Made by a program: the position numbers and the translations under genes. Shown here piece by piece: positions 24,746 through 37,569 of a stretch of 64,000 nucleotides of DNA. Below the pieces are notes generated by a model. It worked only from the letters and a program-made list of their open reading frames with translations. It had not been told where the DNA came from and did not search any database. The stretch's first letter is position 1. Each line of letters starts with the position of its first letter. The DNA is from Octopus bimaculoides (Eukaryota): contig NC_068998.1 of NCBI RefSeq assembly GCF_001194135.2, positions 45,087,422 to 45,151,421 on the forward strand, read 5' to 3'.

Positions 24746-25333
24746 NNNNNNNNNNNNNNNNNNNNNNNNNNNNNNNNNNNNNNNNNNNNNNNNNNNNNNN
24801 NNNNNNNNNNNNNNNNNNNNNNNNNNNNNNNNNNNNNNNNNNNNNNNNNNNNNNNNNNNNNNNNNNNNNNNNNNNNNNNNNNNNNNNNNNNNNNNNNNNN
24901 NNNNNNNNNNNNNNNNNNNNNNNNNNNNNNNNNNNNNNNNNNNNNNNNNNNNNNNNNNNNNNNNNNNNNNNNNNNNNNNNNNNNNNNNNNNNNNNNNNNN
25001 NNNNNNNNNNNNNNNNNNNNNNNNNNNNNNNNNNNNNNNNNNNNNNNNNNNNNNNNNNNNNNNNNNNNNNNNNNNNNNNNNNNNNNNNNNNNNNNNNNNN
25101 NNNNNNNNNNNNNNNNNNNNNNNNNNNNNNNNNNNNNNNNNNNNNNNNNNNNNNNNNNNNNNNNNNNNNNNNNNNNNNNNNNNNNNNNNNNNNNNNNNNN
25201 NNNNNNNNNNNNNNNNNNNNNNNNNNNNNNNNNNNNNNNNNNNNNNNNNNNNNNNNNNNNNNNNNNNNNNNNNNNNNNNNNNNNNNNNNNNNNNNNNNNN
25301 NNNNNNNNNNNNNNNNNNNNNNNNNNNNNNNNN

Positions 25334-25369
<36 letters not shown>

Positions 25370-25719
25370 TTATTAATATTTCTAAGTCTCTCTAAAGGAG
25401 ACTACGGCAGCGGTACTGGAAATTAATAGTTATCGCCAAGCCAATATGGCAGTCCCAAAATTAGGACGAAAGCTGCCGTGAATTAGCTCCAAGAAGCCAT
25501 CGCCTCTAGCTAGCTATGTGACACACGAAACCTGTGTCCTTTATAACCTTCAACACACACATACACAGTCAGTTCATTGCAGTTAGTGAAGACATTTACA
25601 CAAATTACTGCACAGTGAGATCAACACTTGAACCATATGTTTGTGAAGTGAACTTATTAATCAGATAACAAAAACTAGACAACAAAGATGGAAGGAAAGA
25701 GAAGATTAATTGAGTAGAT

Positions 25720-26280
25720 GATAAAATGAATTCAAAAGTCAGAAATTACTTGAGAGATTGCCAACGTAAGTGGTGGTCAGTGAGTCCTTCCAGTCTTAAA
25801 TGTGTGAAGTTGCTTCTCTTGAAAGTTGTTTTCAACGGGTCTTTGAACCACTTATTTGGTCACCTACCAGGTTTTGACACTAATGTAGCAAACCATAGAG
25901 GATCCTGTGAGGGAGAAGTGATTCAGCCATATCTATTACAAATCTGAACCATCTCAGCTGATGATTGTGTAGTTTGGACTGATTGGCACAGATGTTGGTC
26001 CAACATAATCTTGTCTGCTTTCTTGTTTTAAATATCCAGTGTTTTCTGGAAATACTGGATATTTAAGACGTCCAGGCTTCTAATGTGTCAGAATTTCTGT
26101 TTTTAGTTGAACTAACATATGTGTAAGAATGAACATAGTAAAATGGCAACATATGAAATATTCTAAAAGTAATGCAGTGAAATACTATTTTATCCAATAT
26201 TTTATTAACAATCAGTGATATCTGTGAAGTCAGTGTAGCAATACCCAGTCCATTGTTTGTTGATATGTCTTTCATATACA
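25720..26280 (-). mobile_element. Decayed RTE LINE 3' coding region
   Basis: HQLRWFRFVIDMAESLLPHRILYG, resembling QLRWAGHVVRM...RLPKQILYGEL. Confidence 0.6.
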
Positions 26281-26460
26281 AGGAGGCAAGCTGGCAGAAT
26301 TGTTAGCACACAACGTAAAATATTGAGTGGCATTTCATCCATCTGTATGTTCCGAGTTCAAATTCTGCCAACGTCTACTTTTATCCTTTCAGGGTTGATG
26401 AAATAAGTACTAGTCAAGCACTCCTACAAAACTTCAGACCTTGTGCCCGATGTACAAAGA
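26281..26460 (+). mobile_element. tRNA-related SINE family C (internally deleted)
   Basis: aggaggcaagctggcagaattgttagc..gagttcaaattctgcc..ttcagaccttgtgcc. Confidence 0.75.
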
Positions 26461-28624
26461 ATATGTCTTCCATCTATAATACTTTAGGAACTTCACATTT
26501 ATAAACATTTATGTTGAGTTACTCTTGGGACTTTTTCATCCAAAGTTTCATTCTTTCTTTTGGTTGATTTTCAGTTCTTTTTCAATGAATTTATGCAATA
26601 CTTCTTAAACTATTATCAGTTGTGACACATCTTTATGCAGAACTCCTTGTAGATGCTTGTCCCATGTACTTTCAAGCAAACACTGGTTCTGCTAACTCAT
26701 ACCACTCATATGTCTATGTGCATGCACACACATTCATGTGTGTGTGTGTTTTCAACATTTTTGCATTCATGTTTTTCTTATCTCACTGATTGCAAAATGA
26801 TTGATTTTTTAGTTCATTAGACTTGGAGAAATTTTCTGCATTATCTCGTTTGTGAATTATGTAAATGTTAGTAACTAATTACTGAATGAAGAGAAATTCT
26901 CTGAAATAACGAGATTTGATTAATCCTTTCGTTCCATTTTTGGGAACCATTATGCCTCTCCTTATTAAAAGTATGTTTAGACAAATAGTCTCCATCTTAT
27001 ATAAAAATAATTACACAACTAGATATATTAAACACTCTGTGTAGTCAAGAGTCTTCCTATTGCTCTGAGTGAGTGGGTGTTACATCTAACTATAATACAT
27101 TCTATGTAAAGATGCAACTTTTATTTCTTTAATGTTACTGACATTTAACCATTATTTTAATTCCAGATAAGTACTTTTACAATTTACAATAGACCATAGA
27201 TATTTTCTCATATAATCTCATGGATCTAATATGCCAATTTAATATGAAGTTACAGTTTCATGTGCAGTTAAAATGCCATTTATTTTATGCAGCACCTTAC
27301 ATGAGAAAGTGCAATACTGTTAGCTTTTAGACGATGTCATACAAAATGCCATCTTTCATCTTGAATCAGTCTTAGCTCATTATTTTTTTTAACAAAATCT
27401 CATAATTTTACGTATCATAAACAAATGAGGTAACTTTTAAAATAGTATTGGCTTTGAATAAATCTCTACATGTGTACTGGTGTGGTGATAAAATTCTTAT
27501 TGAAGATTCATGAATTTAATGTAAACTTGCATCATTCATTTAATTTTAAATTATACATTATTCCAAATGAGAAGCAGATATTTTGGAGTTAAATATCCTA
27601 TCTAGAACATAGATTTATTCACTTGAAGCTGTAAAGCATACGCAGAGTGCCTGTATTTATAAGTATGAAGCGGAAAGCAGTTTGATAATGTGTAATGTTA
27701 ACGTTTTGAAATGATTGTGGGTAAATGCCACATATTCTCTTTACTGGATTGTGCTAATCAAATGAATTAAATTATTGCCAACTGCATGTTTGTTTCCAAT
27801 GGTGTAGCATTCTGTAATTTCAAACTTTAAAACTGAGATTAGGCTATTATGGAATTACTATATTTTATTAGGTTTTTGTGAGATAATTTCAATGCCGGAC
27901 AATCTAACAATCTTTGTATCATGCATGTAATTTTGTATTACAGAAAAATTTATTATGTTTCCAATAATCATCTTATTGCATTTTTAATACAGTAACAACT
28001 TATTAACACTTAATGTTAGCACCCAAATTCCAGACATAATTTAACAAAATGCCAATAAATTTTCTCATTTATACTGTATTAATACATCATGAAGAAATTC
28101 TGCAGAGAAAACTCCTTTTTTTTTCCCAAATTAACCACATAAAAACCAATAACTGGATACAAAATGATATGCATTTCTTATGATTAACATTGAAATGGAT
28201 TTGTATATAAAATTTCTACAAACCATCATCTCATTGCTATTGTTCTAGTGGACAGCATCAATCAACATTTTTAAGCCTATTTATTATATGCAGGCAGCTG
28301 ACTGAACAATGTGTTTATGTAATGTCTCTAGCCATGATATTTTATTGTTGTTGAAATATTTCTCAAAGATTTATAAGTTAAGTTAGATACTCCTGATTTT
28401 AAAGATGGCAGAGATTGTGTTGAAGTAGAAGTTAAGCAATTTGTTCAGTCATATAGAATTTCCTTTGATATCATTGCTAAGAATTCTATTCTTTTCTCCC
28501 CTCTGTTCTATTTCACTTATGCTGTTTCTGCAAGGTCTCCTACAGCTAGTCGTTTTACTAAGATGCATATTCTTGATATGAATTTTCAAAGAATATTAAA
28601 ATTTTATAGCATACCCGCTCTCTT

Positions 28625-28692
<68 letters not shown>

Positions 28693-29366
28693 ACCTCTCT
28701 CTCTCTTTCTCTCAAAGACATACACACACATGCACACACAAGTGGCAATGTGTTACAATCTTGATTTGCTTTTCAAATGTCTTTGTTTTATATTAGAAAT
28801 GTACAAAATATGATTCCGTGGTATGGGAATATAGTCCAATGACAATGCTTCAATTTAGTAATTAACAAATGAAACTTGAAGACAATGGCTGACAGTATAA
28901 TAGAATTTCTTCTATAGCGGTTATACTGTAGTGATACTTGATTAGCATTTTTGTCTGTAATTTAATTTTCTTTATAATTTGCCTGTATAGAAGGTACTCT
29001 GCTTTCTTTGATGAAATTGAGCAGTAACGATTTTCAACAATTATCTTTACTCTCTCTATTCATTAGCAATGTACTTTTTTTTTTAAGTCAATGTATTTTG
29101 GTAATGTCAACAATTGTTTTGGAAACGGTTCTACTGTTTATCACATGCTGTATGCACAACTCGTCTGCTTAAGTATCTGTTTCATTGATATGTCTGATGT
29201 GCTTGACATCACTTTATGTCTCAAATGAGTATTAAATCTTTCATTGATTTCTTTTGTCTTAAGAATAAATATGACCTTCCTTGTTATTTTTAATTTTTAT
29301 GACATCTTTGTAGAGTGTTTTTCCTTCATTAGTGCATGTGATTTTGTTTATGTACACTAGAGTATC

Positions 29367-29751
29367 GGTAGAGGCGCAATGGCCCAGTGGTTAGGGCAGC
29401 GGACTCTCAGTCATAGGATCGCTGTTTTGATTCCCAGACCGTCCGTTGTGAGTGTTTATTGAGCGAAAACACCTAAAGCTCCACGAGGCTCTGGCAGGGG
29501 ATGGTGGCGAACCCTGCTGCACTCTTTCATCACAACTTTCTCTCACTCTTACTTCCTGTTTCTGTTGTACCTGTAATTCAAAGGGTCAGCATTGTCACAC
29601 TCTGTGTCACGCTGAATATCCCCGAGAACTACGTTAAGGGTACACGTGTCTGTGGAGTGCTCAGCCACTTGCATGTTAATTTCACGAGCAGGCTGTTCCA
29701 TTGATCGGATCAACTGGAACCCTCGACGTCGTAAGCGACGGAGTGCCAACA
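29367..29751 (+). mobile_element. Full-length tRNA-derived SINE family B with 11-bp TSD
   Basis: A box tggcccagtgg, B-box-like gttttgattcc and a CAA-type tail. TSD ACTAGAGTATC at 29356-29366 and 29752-29762. Confidence 0.92.
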
Positions 29752-32700
29752 ACTAGAGTATCATAAATGTCCCTTTCAGTAATATATCCAAAATATGCAA
29801 CTGTACAAATTAGGTTCCAATCCCTAATGAGTCTCAATAGTTTAGGTTCTGTTTTATCTTTCTTTTCATTCATTTCATAGAATGTTTTAATCTTTACCCT
29901 GTATCAAGTAGTAAATGGTTAAAACAAAGATTATTATACATAGCCTCAAAATGCTATACTTAAAGTTATCAAAACTTGATTTGTGTCATATTTGAAATAA
30001 GAATTTAAGACAGTACACTACGTTTTTAAAATTTCATACAAGTATGTCTATTTTTGGTGATACATTAAAGCCACTTCCTTCTTGTTTTGGCTATTGTTCC
30101 CAGAAACTTTTGTTATACTTTTCCTGTGAACTTCTCAATGGGTTTAAATTCTGAAACCTATTTCACTTGTGTTACACTGTTATGCTTCATCTCAATGGCA
30201 AACAGGTGAACTGCTTTTGTGATATTGTTTGTGTTCTATTTCATTTATTTCTTGGCTTGCTTTTGTTGTTGCCAAGACAAAAATTCGTGNNNNNNNNNNN
30301 NNNGGGGGGGAAGAAGGTTGAATGACATTTTTTTTTATTTTTCACCTTATATTATTTTGGGATGACTTATCTAATTGTCAGGCACCTCTTTCAAACCGTA
30401 TGTCAAGATTATAGTTGTGCTCAGGAAATATTTCAGTCATCACCATCCTCTTCCTCCTCACCATCGTCATCATCAATATTTAACTGATATGTTAACAGTT
30501 TCAGTATTCTCTAATGACTGTTGATTGTTAGGGTCGCGTTCAACCTTATGAAGTGTATTATCAAAATTAATGTTTCAAACTAGCAAATTTTATTTTAATA
30601 TTTAGATAATGTTTATTCAAAACAAAAAAAAAAGAAATAATATAAAACACAATTTTCTAGTATGAGTCTAGTATGATGTAAGAAAATAGTCACCAAACAT
30701 TAACAAATGCAAATTAAAAAAAAAAAAAAGCTGTTCTAGTATCTGTAGAAAAGCTAAATGGAGGGTCTATTTCATTTGCGTTGTTGAGCACTTCAAAGTC
30801 AGATCATTGATGTATAGTGCTTATACTTATTCTCATCTTAATAAATATCTTATCATTTGCTTTCCAATACTATTTTTCAAGTAGCCATAATTTTCTGGAA
30901 TCAATTCAATCAACTACCATGAACTTTTCCCACAAAAAGTATGCTAATGTTTACTTTTAAACTTGTCGAAATTATCTAATACTGACATAAGATGAAGCCT
31001 ACAAAGTTTTGTCATTCTTATGTTTGTTTGTTTGTTTGTTTGTTCGAGGATGCTTTTTTTTTTTTTGGCAAGGTTTTGTTTCTTTTGTTGCTTTTTATGT
31101 TTCTTTGCATTTTTTTTCTTTTTCTTTCTTTTATGACTTCATTTCTTTGCTCGCTGACAACTTCTCAGAATTCAACTATCACAGAACCTCTCCATTTTAA
31201 TGTACTTAATACAAAGGACCACTCAACCTTAAACATGCAGCACTTACTATTCCTGGTTTGTAGCTTTGTATTTTGTTGAAACACAATCTTAAATCTTCTC
31301 TTGTTTCAATGAAACTAATTTCTACAAAATTGTATTTGCTGACACTGAACAGAAGCTCAATCATTTTTAAGCTTTAAGCAAATCATTCATTTTTATCACC
31401 ACATAAAATGAAGATGAGACAGAAGCAGCAGGAAACTGAAGTAAAACTAAATTCATTGTTGTATTTTGCTGTAATGTGTTATACTTGGTTAACTGTGTTC
31501 AACTGGGCCTTTTTTTTTTTACCTTCTTGAGTTGATAAAACAAACACCTGTAATACACTGTGACCAATTTGACTACTCAACTTCAAAATCTGTGGCTTGG
31601 CTGTGATTGTTAAAAATCCTCATTGTTTTTGTTGCTGGTTTTCTCATAGCCATCTTGAAGATATTGCAGTGATGAAAAAAGGTCTCTTCTCATGTGATTA
31701 GCACAGGAGGTTTTGTAAACAGTAATGTTTTCCTGCAATACAAATATGTACAGGAATATAATACTACTCAGACAATTTATGTACCCAAAGCCCACTATCC
31801 CATAATTTGTAAGAGGTGATGCTGGTACTGTGAACTCTGGCTGTATTAGGGATGTAGGGAGACATACATAGATGGATAGTACTGGTTTCCTGTTTACCTG
31901 TCTAAGATGAGTCAGAGGTGAAGCACATTTCTGGTCAGGGTTTTCTTCATTACAGAGTGCCAGAACTCTGGCCGGTTAGCTGGCTTGTAACTTGAAGGTT
32001 CACAGCTCAGGGTTTGTCGTGCATTTGAAAAGCAGGATGTGTGTTAGTTTGGTCAGCCAGTGGCCCAACACCTGAGGGAAAGGAGAATATGGTGATTACT
32101 AAGAATATATGGAAAATTGGTGTTTCCTTCAAGAATATAGGAAGATGAAGATATTAATCGGAGCAAAGGGTACCTTAGCAGAAAATGATTTTTGCCTCTA
32201 CAACAGCAGTTTCAGGGTAGACAAGTGCAAGGATCATGAAAGGCTGTGTTCATTAAAGTTACTGAGAATGATGACTTCAGAGGGCTGTGAGTTGATTTCC
32301 TGAAGGCAGCTGTTGATTAAAAATAATTTTGAGAATACTCAGGGGAGAGAGATCAGTAGTAAGGAGAATGAATTTTGTCTACACATAGACACTAATTGTC
32401 AAGTAATAACATAACTACATCGTGATAATAAATACAAGTCATCTAAAAATGATAGACTCAATGGTTATATTTTATGTAAACAGACTCATCAATAAATGGT
32501 TGATTAGTGCTATTGACTTAGAGAGAAGTTATGTGGAAGTTATGAAGAAAATGCCTATTCTAAGAGTTCTTTTATAATTGTTCAAGTTTAGTAATTTCTC
32601 TTTGAGCAGAATATAAGAACATTTCAAGAAAGTACCATTACTTCTCTAATTAGTTGGTAGCATCATATTATGACTTATACATTGTTGGTTTTTTTTTGTT

Positions 32701-33504
32701 TTTGTTATGTGTTTCGAATAAAATATCAATTATGCATTTAATTTGAAATTTTAAAAAAAGTATCAGAGGAAATTCCTTATTCTCAAACAAAATATAAGTC
32801 AAATTCTCAGTTTCAGAATAAATTATGCTCAAATTTGCTAATATGGAAGTTGTTTAGCTGAGGATCAGTCCTGATTGTGCAGATCTATGATTAGAGGACA
32901 TTCCAACTGAAATGTTTCTATCGTTTTTGAAAGCTTTGATTGGAGATAAAATTAGCTATTTAGTTCCTCAATTTGGTTATTAGATTGTCATGCGATCAGA
33001 TATGAACTTCTCATTTTCTCAGTGTTCTTTCAACACACAAATATGACAGTGAGTTCCCTGAAGCTGACATGAGAAGTTCATTTCATGCAGAGAAAATGTT
33101 AATCAATTATTGGTGCTTCTTGGTTTGATGCAGAGATTCTTTATGGCTCCTTTTCTCATTTGCTTCATTCTTTTGTTCACCTTGATTGCATTTCTGCTAT
33201 ACAGCTCCGATGCTGAATATTCTGTTTGGTTAATTACTCCTAGAATGAGAAAGATGTTACTTGAATTTGTCAGTGTACTGCTACCAAGACACTTGAGACT
33301 AAAACTTACAGGTATTCATGTTGCTAATCAACGCAACTTTAGAAACCTTCCTATCTCTCCCATCCCTGCCCACTTCATTGTGTCCTATTCTTGCAGAGCT
33401 GGTGATACATATCATTCAATACACACACATACACACACACACGCACACACACACACACACACATGCAGATCAAGTTTCATTATTCATTTCATTATTTCAT
33501 TTCT

Positions 33505-33722
33505 ATAAGGCATCAAACTAGCAGAATCATTAACATGCTAAACAAAATGCTTAGCACAATTTCATCTCTTTACATTCCAAGTTCAAATTCTGCCAAGGTC
33601 AACTCTGCTTTTCATCCTTTCGAGGTCAATAAAATAAGTACCAGTTGGTTAGTAGAGTTGATATAATCAACTAACCCCTGCCCCCAAAATTTCAGGCCTT
33701 GTGTCTGTAGCAGAAAAAATTA
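33505..33722 (+). mobile_element. SINE family C
   Basis: aactagcagaatcattaac..aagttcaaattctgccaaggtcaac..aaaatttcaggccttgtg. Confidence 0.8.
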
Positions 33723-34864
33723 TTTACTTTCTGTTATTCTAAAATACATCATCTACATACATCAGTATATCAACCATATCTTTATGCTTTAAATATGGCT
33801 GACAAAGTGTATGTCTGATAACAACATTTAAGTAAATGTATTTTGTAGTTTTTGTTTGTGTACCTGAATTAGTGTGTGCTTGTATCTATAAATCTATAAA
33901 CAGTGTGCTGTAACATTAGTTCTGAAAATATGACCAAAATACAGCATTAAGGAAAAGAAAATAACCATATAAACACAACTAAATTGCTTCTACTACTTGA
34001 GATTTATTTAGAAACTTTGATTTTTTTTCCTCCCATTTTTAAATACATTACTTCTTTGTTTGGTTCCTTTTCTTAAATTCTTTAATTTCTTGATATTTTA
34101 AATTACAGAATTTCTTAGATGTATGGACATACAGTTGTAGGGCATAGATGGGAAGTAGTTTTAAAATCTAAGAATTTTATTTTCAGTAAATCTGATTAAA
34201 TCAAAATTCATTCAGACAGAAAATTCAACTTCATATAAAGGAATTTTCTTTAATACTTTTTTTTTACATTTTGTTAAATTTTTTAATCTTCTTTCATTCT
34301 GTTAAATAGTCTTTTCTAAGCACCATTATTTTGGCATTATAATTACATATTTACTATTGTTTATTTAATGATTGGGGTAAGTACTAGGAGTAATTTTAAT
34401 TCATATTTATACAACATGATTTTTAGATATCCATATAATTCTAAACATTTAAAATCTATGTCAAGTTTTTAAAAATACAATCTGTTCAATCAATGCCACC
34501 ATAGAAACTGGACATACAGCGATGATGATGATGATGATGATTTGAATTTGAATACAATAAAAGTATTTTAATCTCTAAATCAGGCCATTTTATTTCTTGG
34601 GAATCTGACAGATGTCTTAATTCTTCCATCATTCAGTTTTCCCCACCTGATCATGAAAAGACCTGTGAGCTCTTCTTCTTCTTCCTAATTTTAACTTTTA
34701 AAAAAATGCATTGACAAACAAGAAATTTTATTTCCAACAATCTTTCCCATAATTGTCTCATTAATGTTCCCTCGGCCATATTTTTCTTCACTCCAACAGT
34801 CTAGGTACAGTTTTGCATTCCGAAACTTCTGCATTAGTTTATACATAACCCCTGCATTTGACCA

Positions 34865-35005
34865 TATTGTGCTGCCAAGACTGACATTTTCTTTCGTCTT
34901 TTCAGAGACAATGAAATAAATGCCACTCAAGTACTGGGTCAATGTAATCAACTATACCCCACCCTTCCTAAAACATGTGGCTTTGTATCTAAGTTGTTGG
35001 ACATT
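34865..35005 (+). mobile_element. Old SINE family C fragment
   Basis: gctgccaagactgacattttctttcgtcttttcagagacaatgaaataaatgccactcaagtactgggtcaatgtaatcaac aligns with the family C body. Confidence 0.55.
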
Positions 35006-35079
35006 ATTACTGAATTCAGTAGCAAACAGTGCAATGCCCATAGCTTCTGGAAACATTTTTCCATTCTCAGAATTGCAAT

Positions 35080-35248
35080 GTTATTATCAATTCAAATATG
35101 CTTGATGCATGTTTGAACTGGGGAACAAACTGCTCACTGCGTTTTGTCATCGAAAATATATCTCACTTGTTGACAAATGGTGTGTATACAGTGAGTGGTT
35201 TGTTCTCCAGTTCGAACATGCATCAAGCATATTTGGATTGATAATAAC
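35080..35248 (+). other. Long fold-back: 60-bp arms (55 WC + 5 G-U pairs) around a 49-nt structured loop
   Basis: Arms 35080-35139 and 35189-35248 were paired base by base. An inner 7-bp stem pairs 35143-35149 with 35171-35177. Confidence 0.9.
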
Positions 35249-36684
35249 TTAACAGTTTCACTTATCACTGCTTAACACTCTCCCTCCGTAATGTACTCAG
35301 AATTGTCAAAGAATTAAATAAACTATCTATAGCTTGGAACAAACTATTACTCATAACATGAAATAAACCACATATCAGTTGTTAGCTGCCAGGACACTGC
35401 ATCTTTTATAAATTTCATGCTTCTCAAGGTCCACCAAATTCCTGACAAGCCAAAACACCCTTTCGTTTTTTATGGCTCTTTTGAAGTCCACTTTTCTGTC
35501 TTTCTGTGTTTCATCTTGCGTACTATGCATGCACTTTTGATTATCATTGCTGCCTTTCTTTACTTGATTCATTTTCTAACTATAGATTGTAGCCAGGGGT
35601 TAGTAGGTATTCTGTGAAACCTACTGGTGACAAGCTGCATTCTCATTTTTTAAAACTCAACAGAAATTAAAACAATGCATTAAGTAGAAGGATTTACATC
35701 AGAGAACTGAGGCATTAAACCAGAATGAGCAAAACATTTGTGTCATTTTTGTGTTTAGCATATCTTCCAACGAATCACTTTTGGTCTTTTCCAATTACGT
35801 TTTCATGGAAGAACTATTCTCCAAAACCTCTTCTCTGACCCCAGAAACAGTATCTAACAACCAAACTCGCTGACATTGTGACAAATCTGGGAGGAAAAAA
35901 ATTAGATCCATTTATAACTCACGTGATTATAGGAAAATAGAGACAAAAATGAAGCAATAACAATGATGGTTATGATGCTAAATATCGAAATTGTTGATTT
36001 AGAGAATTTCAGTTCCTGTACAAAAATAACCTAATTGACCTAAATAATATTAATTACTTGGTTGTTGGAGTTGCTTGACAAACTAATTGGGATTAATGGA
36101 AGCAAATTCATCTGAATTAATCACTACAGACATAAATCATTTGAGACTCATCTTCTGTGAGCCAACATCAGACATTTGAAGATATAACTCCTCAAGACAA
36201 ATACAACAAAAATTACAATTTAATCATATCCAGGTTTCTTTTCTTTAATCTTTGAATTCTAGATAAATCGTATATTAAATTATTGGTGTGTTAATGTTTC
36301 GCTTCATTGTTATAACCTAGTATTGAACATATCAATATATTTGTAGGTAACACTGTGTATTGCAATGTGTTATAAACAATTCATGTGCACAACACGTGCA
36401 TGGTCAGGAAAAGTGAGTGCAGTTCTACGTGCATTTTGATTCTCATTAAGAGCATTATCAAAAACAGTCTTTACTTAAAGAAAACGAGATAGATCAATTT
36501 GCATATTCAACAGCTTCCTTAGCACATGATTTACAGATGAATTGTTTACAATCATCCTAACACACAGTGTTGGCTAATAAATCCAAAAGATATGTTCAAT
36601 GGAACATCATATCAAAATCATATCTTGCTTCTTTGGAAATATTTCATTATGATTATTTTCTAAAATATTCATAAAAAATACCTG

Positions 36685-36995
36685 TGCTAGTGCTACATGA
36701 GAAGCACCCAGTACACTCTGTAAAGTGGCTGGCATGAGGAAGGGCATTCAGCCATAGAAACCTTGCCAAAACAGACAATTGGTGCCCAGTGCAGCTCTCT
36801 GTCTAGCCAGCTCCTGTCAAACCGTCCATCCCATGGCAGCATGAAAAATGGACATTTGACAGTAGCTGGTAAGACCAGGGGGTCACACCAGATTCAATAA
36901 TCTGTTTTTAGCTTAGTTTCTACAACTGGATGACCTTCTTAATGCTAACCACTTTACATAGTGTACAGGGTACTTTTTACATAGCACCATCACAC
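36685..36995. mobile_element. Inverted pair of SINE or LINE-tail repeats
   Basis: A + copy at 36685-36860 and a - copy at about 36900-36995 of the family seen at 23185. Confidence 0.7.
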
Positions 36996-36999
36996 CATA

Positions 37000-37135
37000 T
37001 TCACCTGAATCTCCCTAAGAACTATATTAAGGGTATGCATGTCTGAGGAATTCTCAACCACTTGCACTTCAATTTCATGAGCAGGTTGTTCGGTTGATCA
37101 TCTTAACTGCAACTTTCATCATAACCAATAGAGAG
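37000..37135 (+). mobile_element. SINE family B tail fragment
   Basis: tgaatctccctaagaactatattaagggtatgcatgtctgagg..gagcaggttgttcggttgatc. Confidence 0.7.
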
Positions 37136-37569
37136 TAATGTCATGTATTATTCTGTTGAATTTATCTTCAAGCAAGATTCTTCATATTAATTTATAATTT
37201 CCTGCCTGTTAAAAAAAAAATCTTTCATTTATAACTGAATAAGTAGATGTTTATGTATAAGAGAAATGAGTTGCTACTCTAAAAAATGGCATTTGACAAA
37301 AATTTCTTCAATTTGATAAGCATCATAAAAAATTTCTGCAACAGTGTGCTTACATACAAATCATATAAAACTATATTCCAATACACAACACATCTGCAAG
37401 AGTGTGTAGCAGATATCTTCCAGTGGACGAAATGTGCACCTTTTCATTTTGTCTGCTTTCCATATATGGAAATCTACTAAATGGCATAGAGAAAAACTAA
37501 ATTAGACCAAGTGTTCCTAGTTAATTACAAATAAATAAAATTAGTTTATAGTTTAAGAATCATAGTCAA

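Noticed and set aside
24398-25376. 320-aa and 235-aa ORFs
   Set aside because: Antisense of the DD37D fragment, extended through a 588-nt N gap.
29367-29445. tRNA gene-like heads (also at 56323, 47755, 3300-3380)
   Set aside because: They have A and B boxes but no cloverleaf, and they continue into SINE bodies with TSDs, so they are not tRNA genes.
34862-35117. 85-codon open frame with an acceptor at about 34905
   Set aside because: It coincides with a decayed family C SINE and the hairpin arm.
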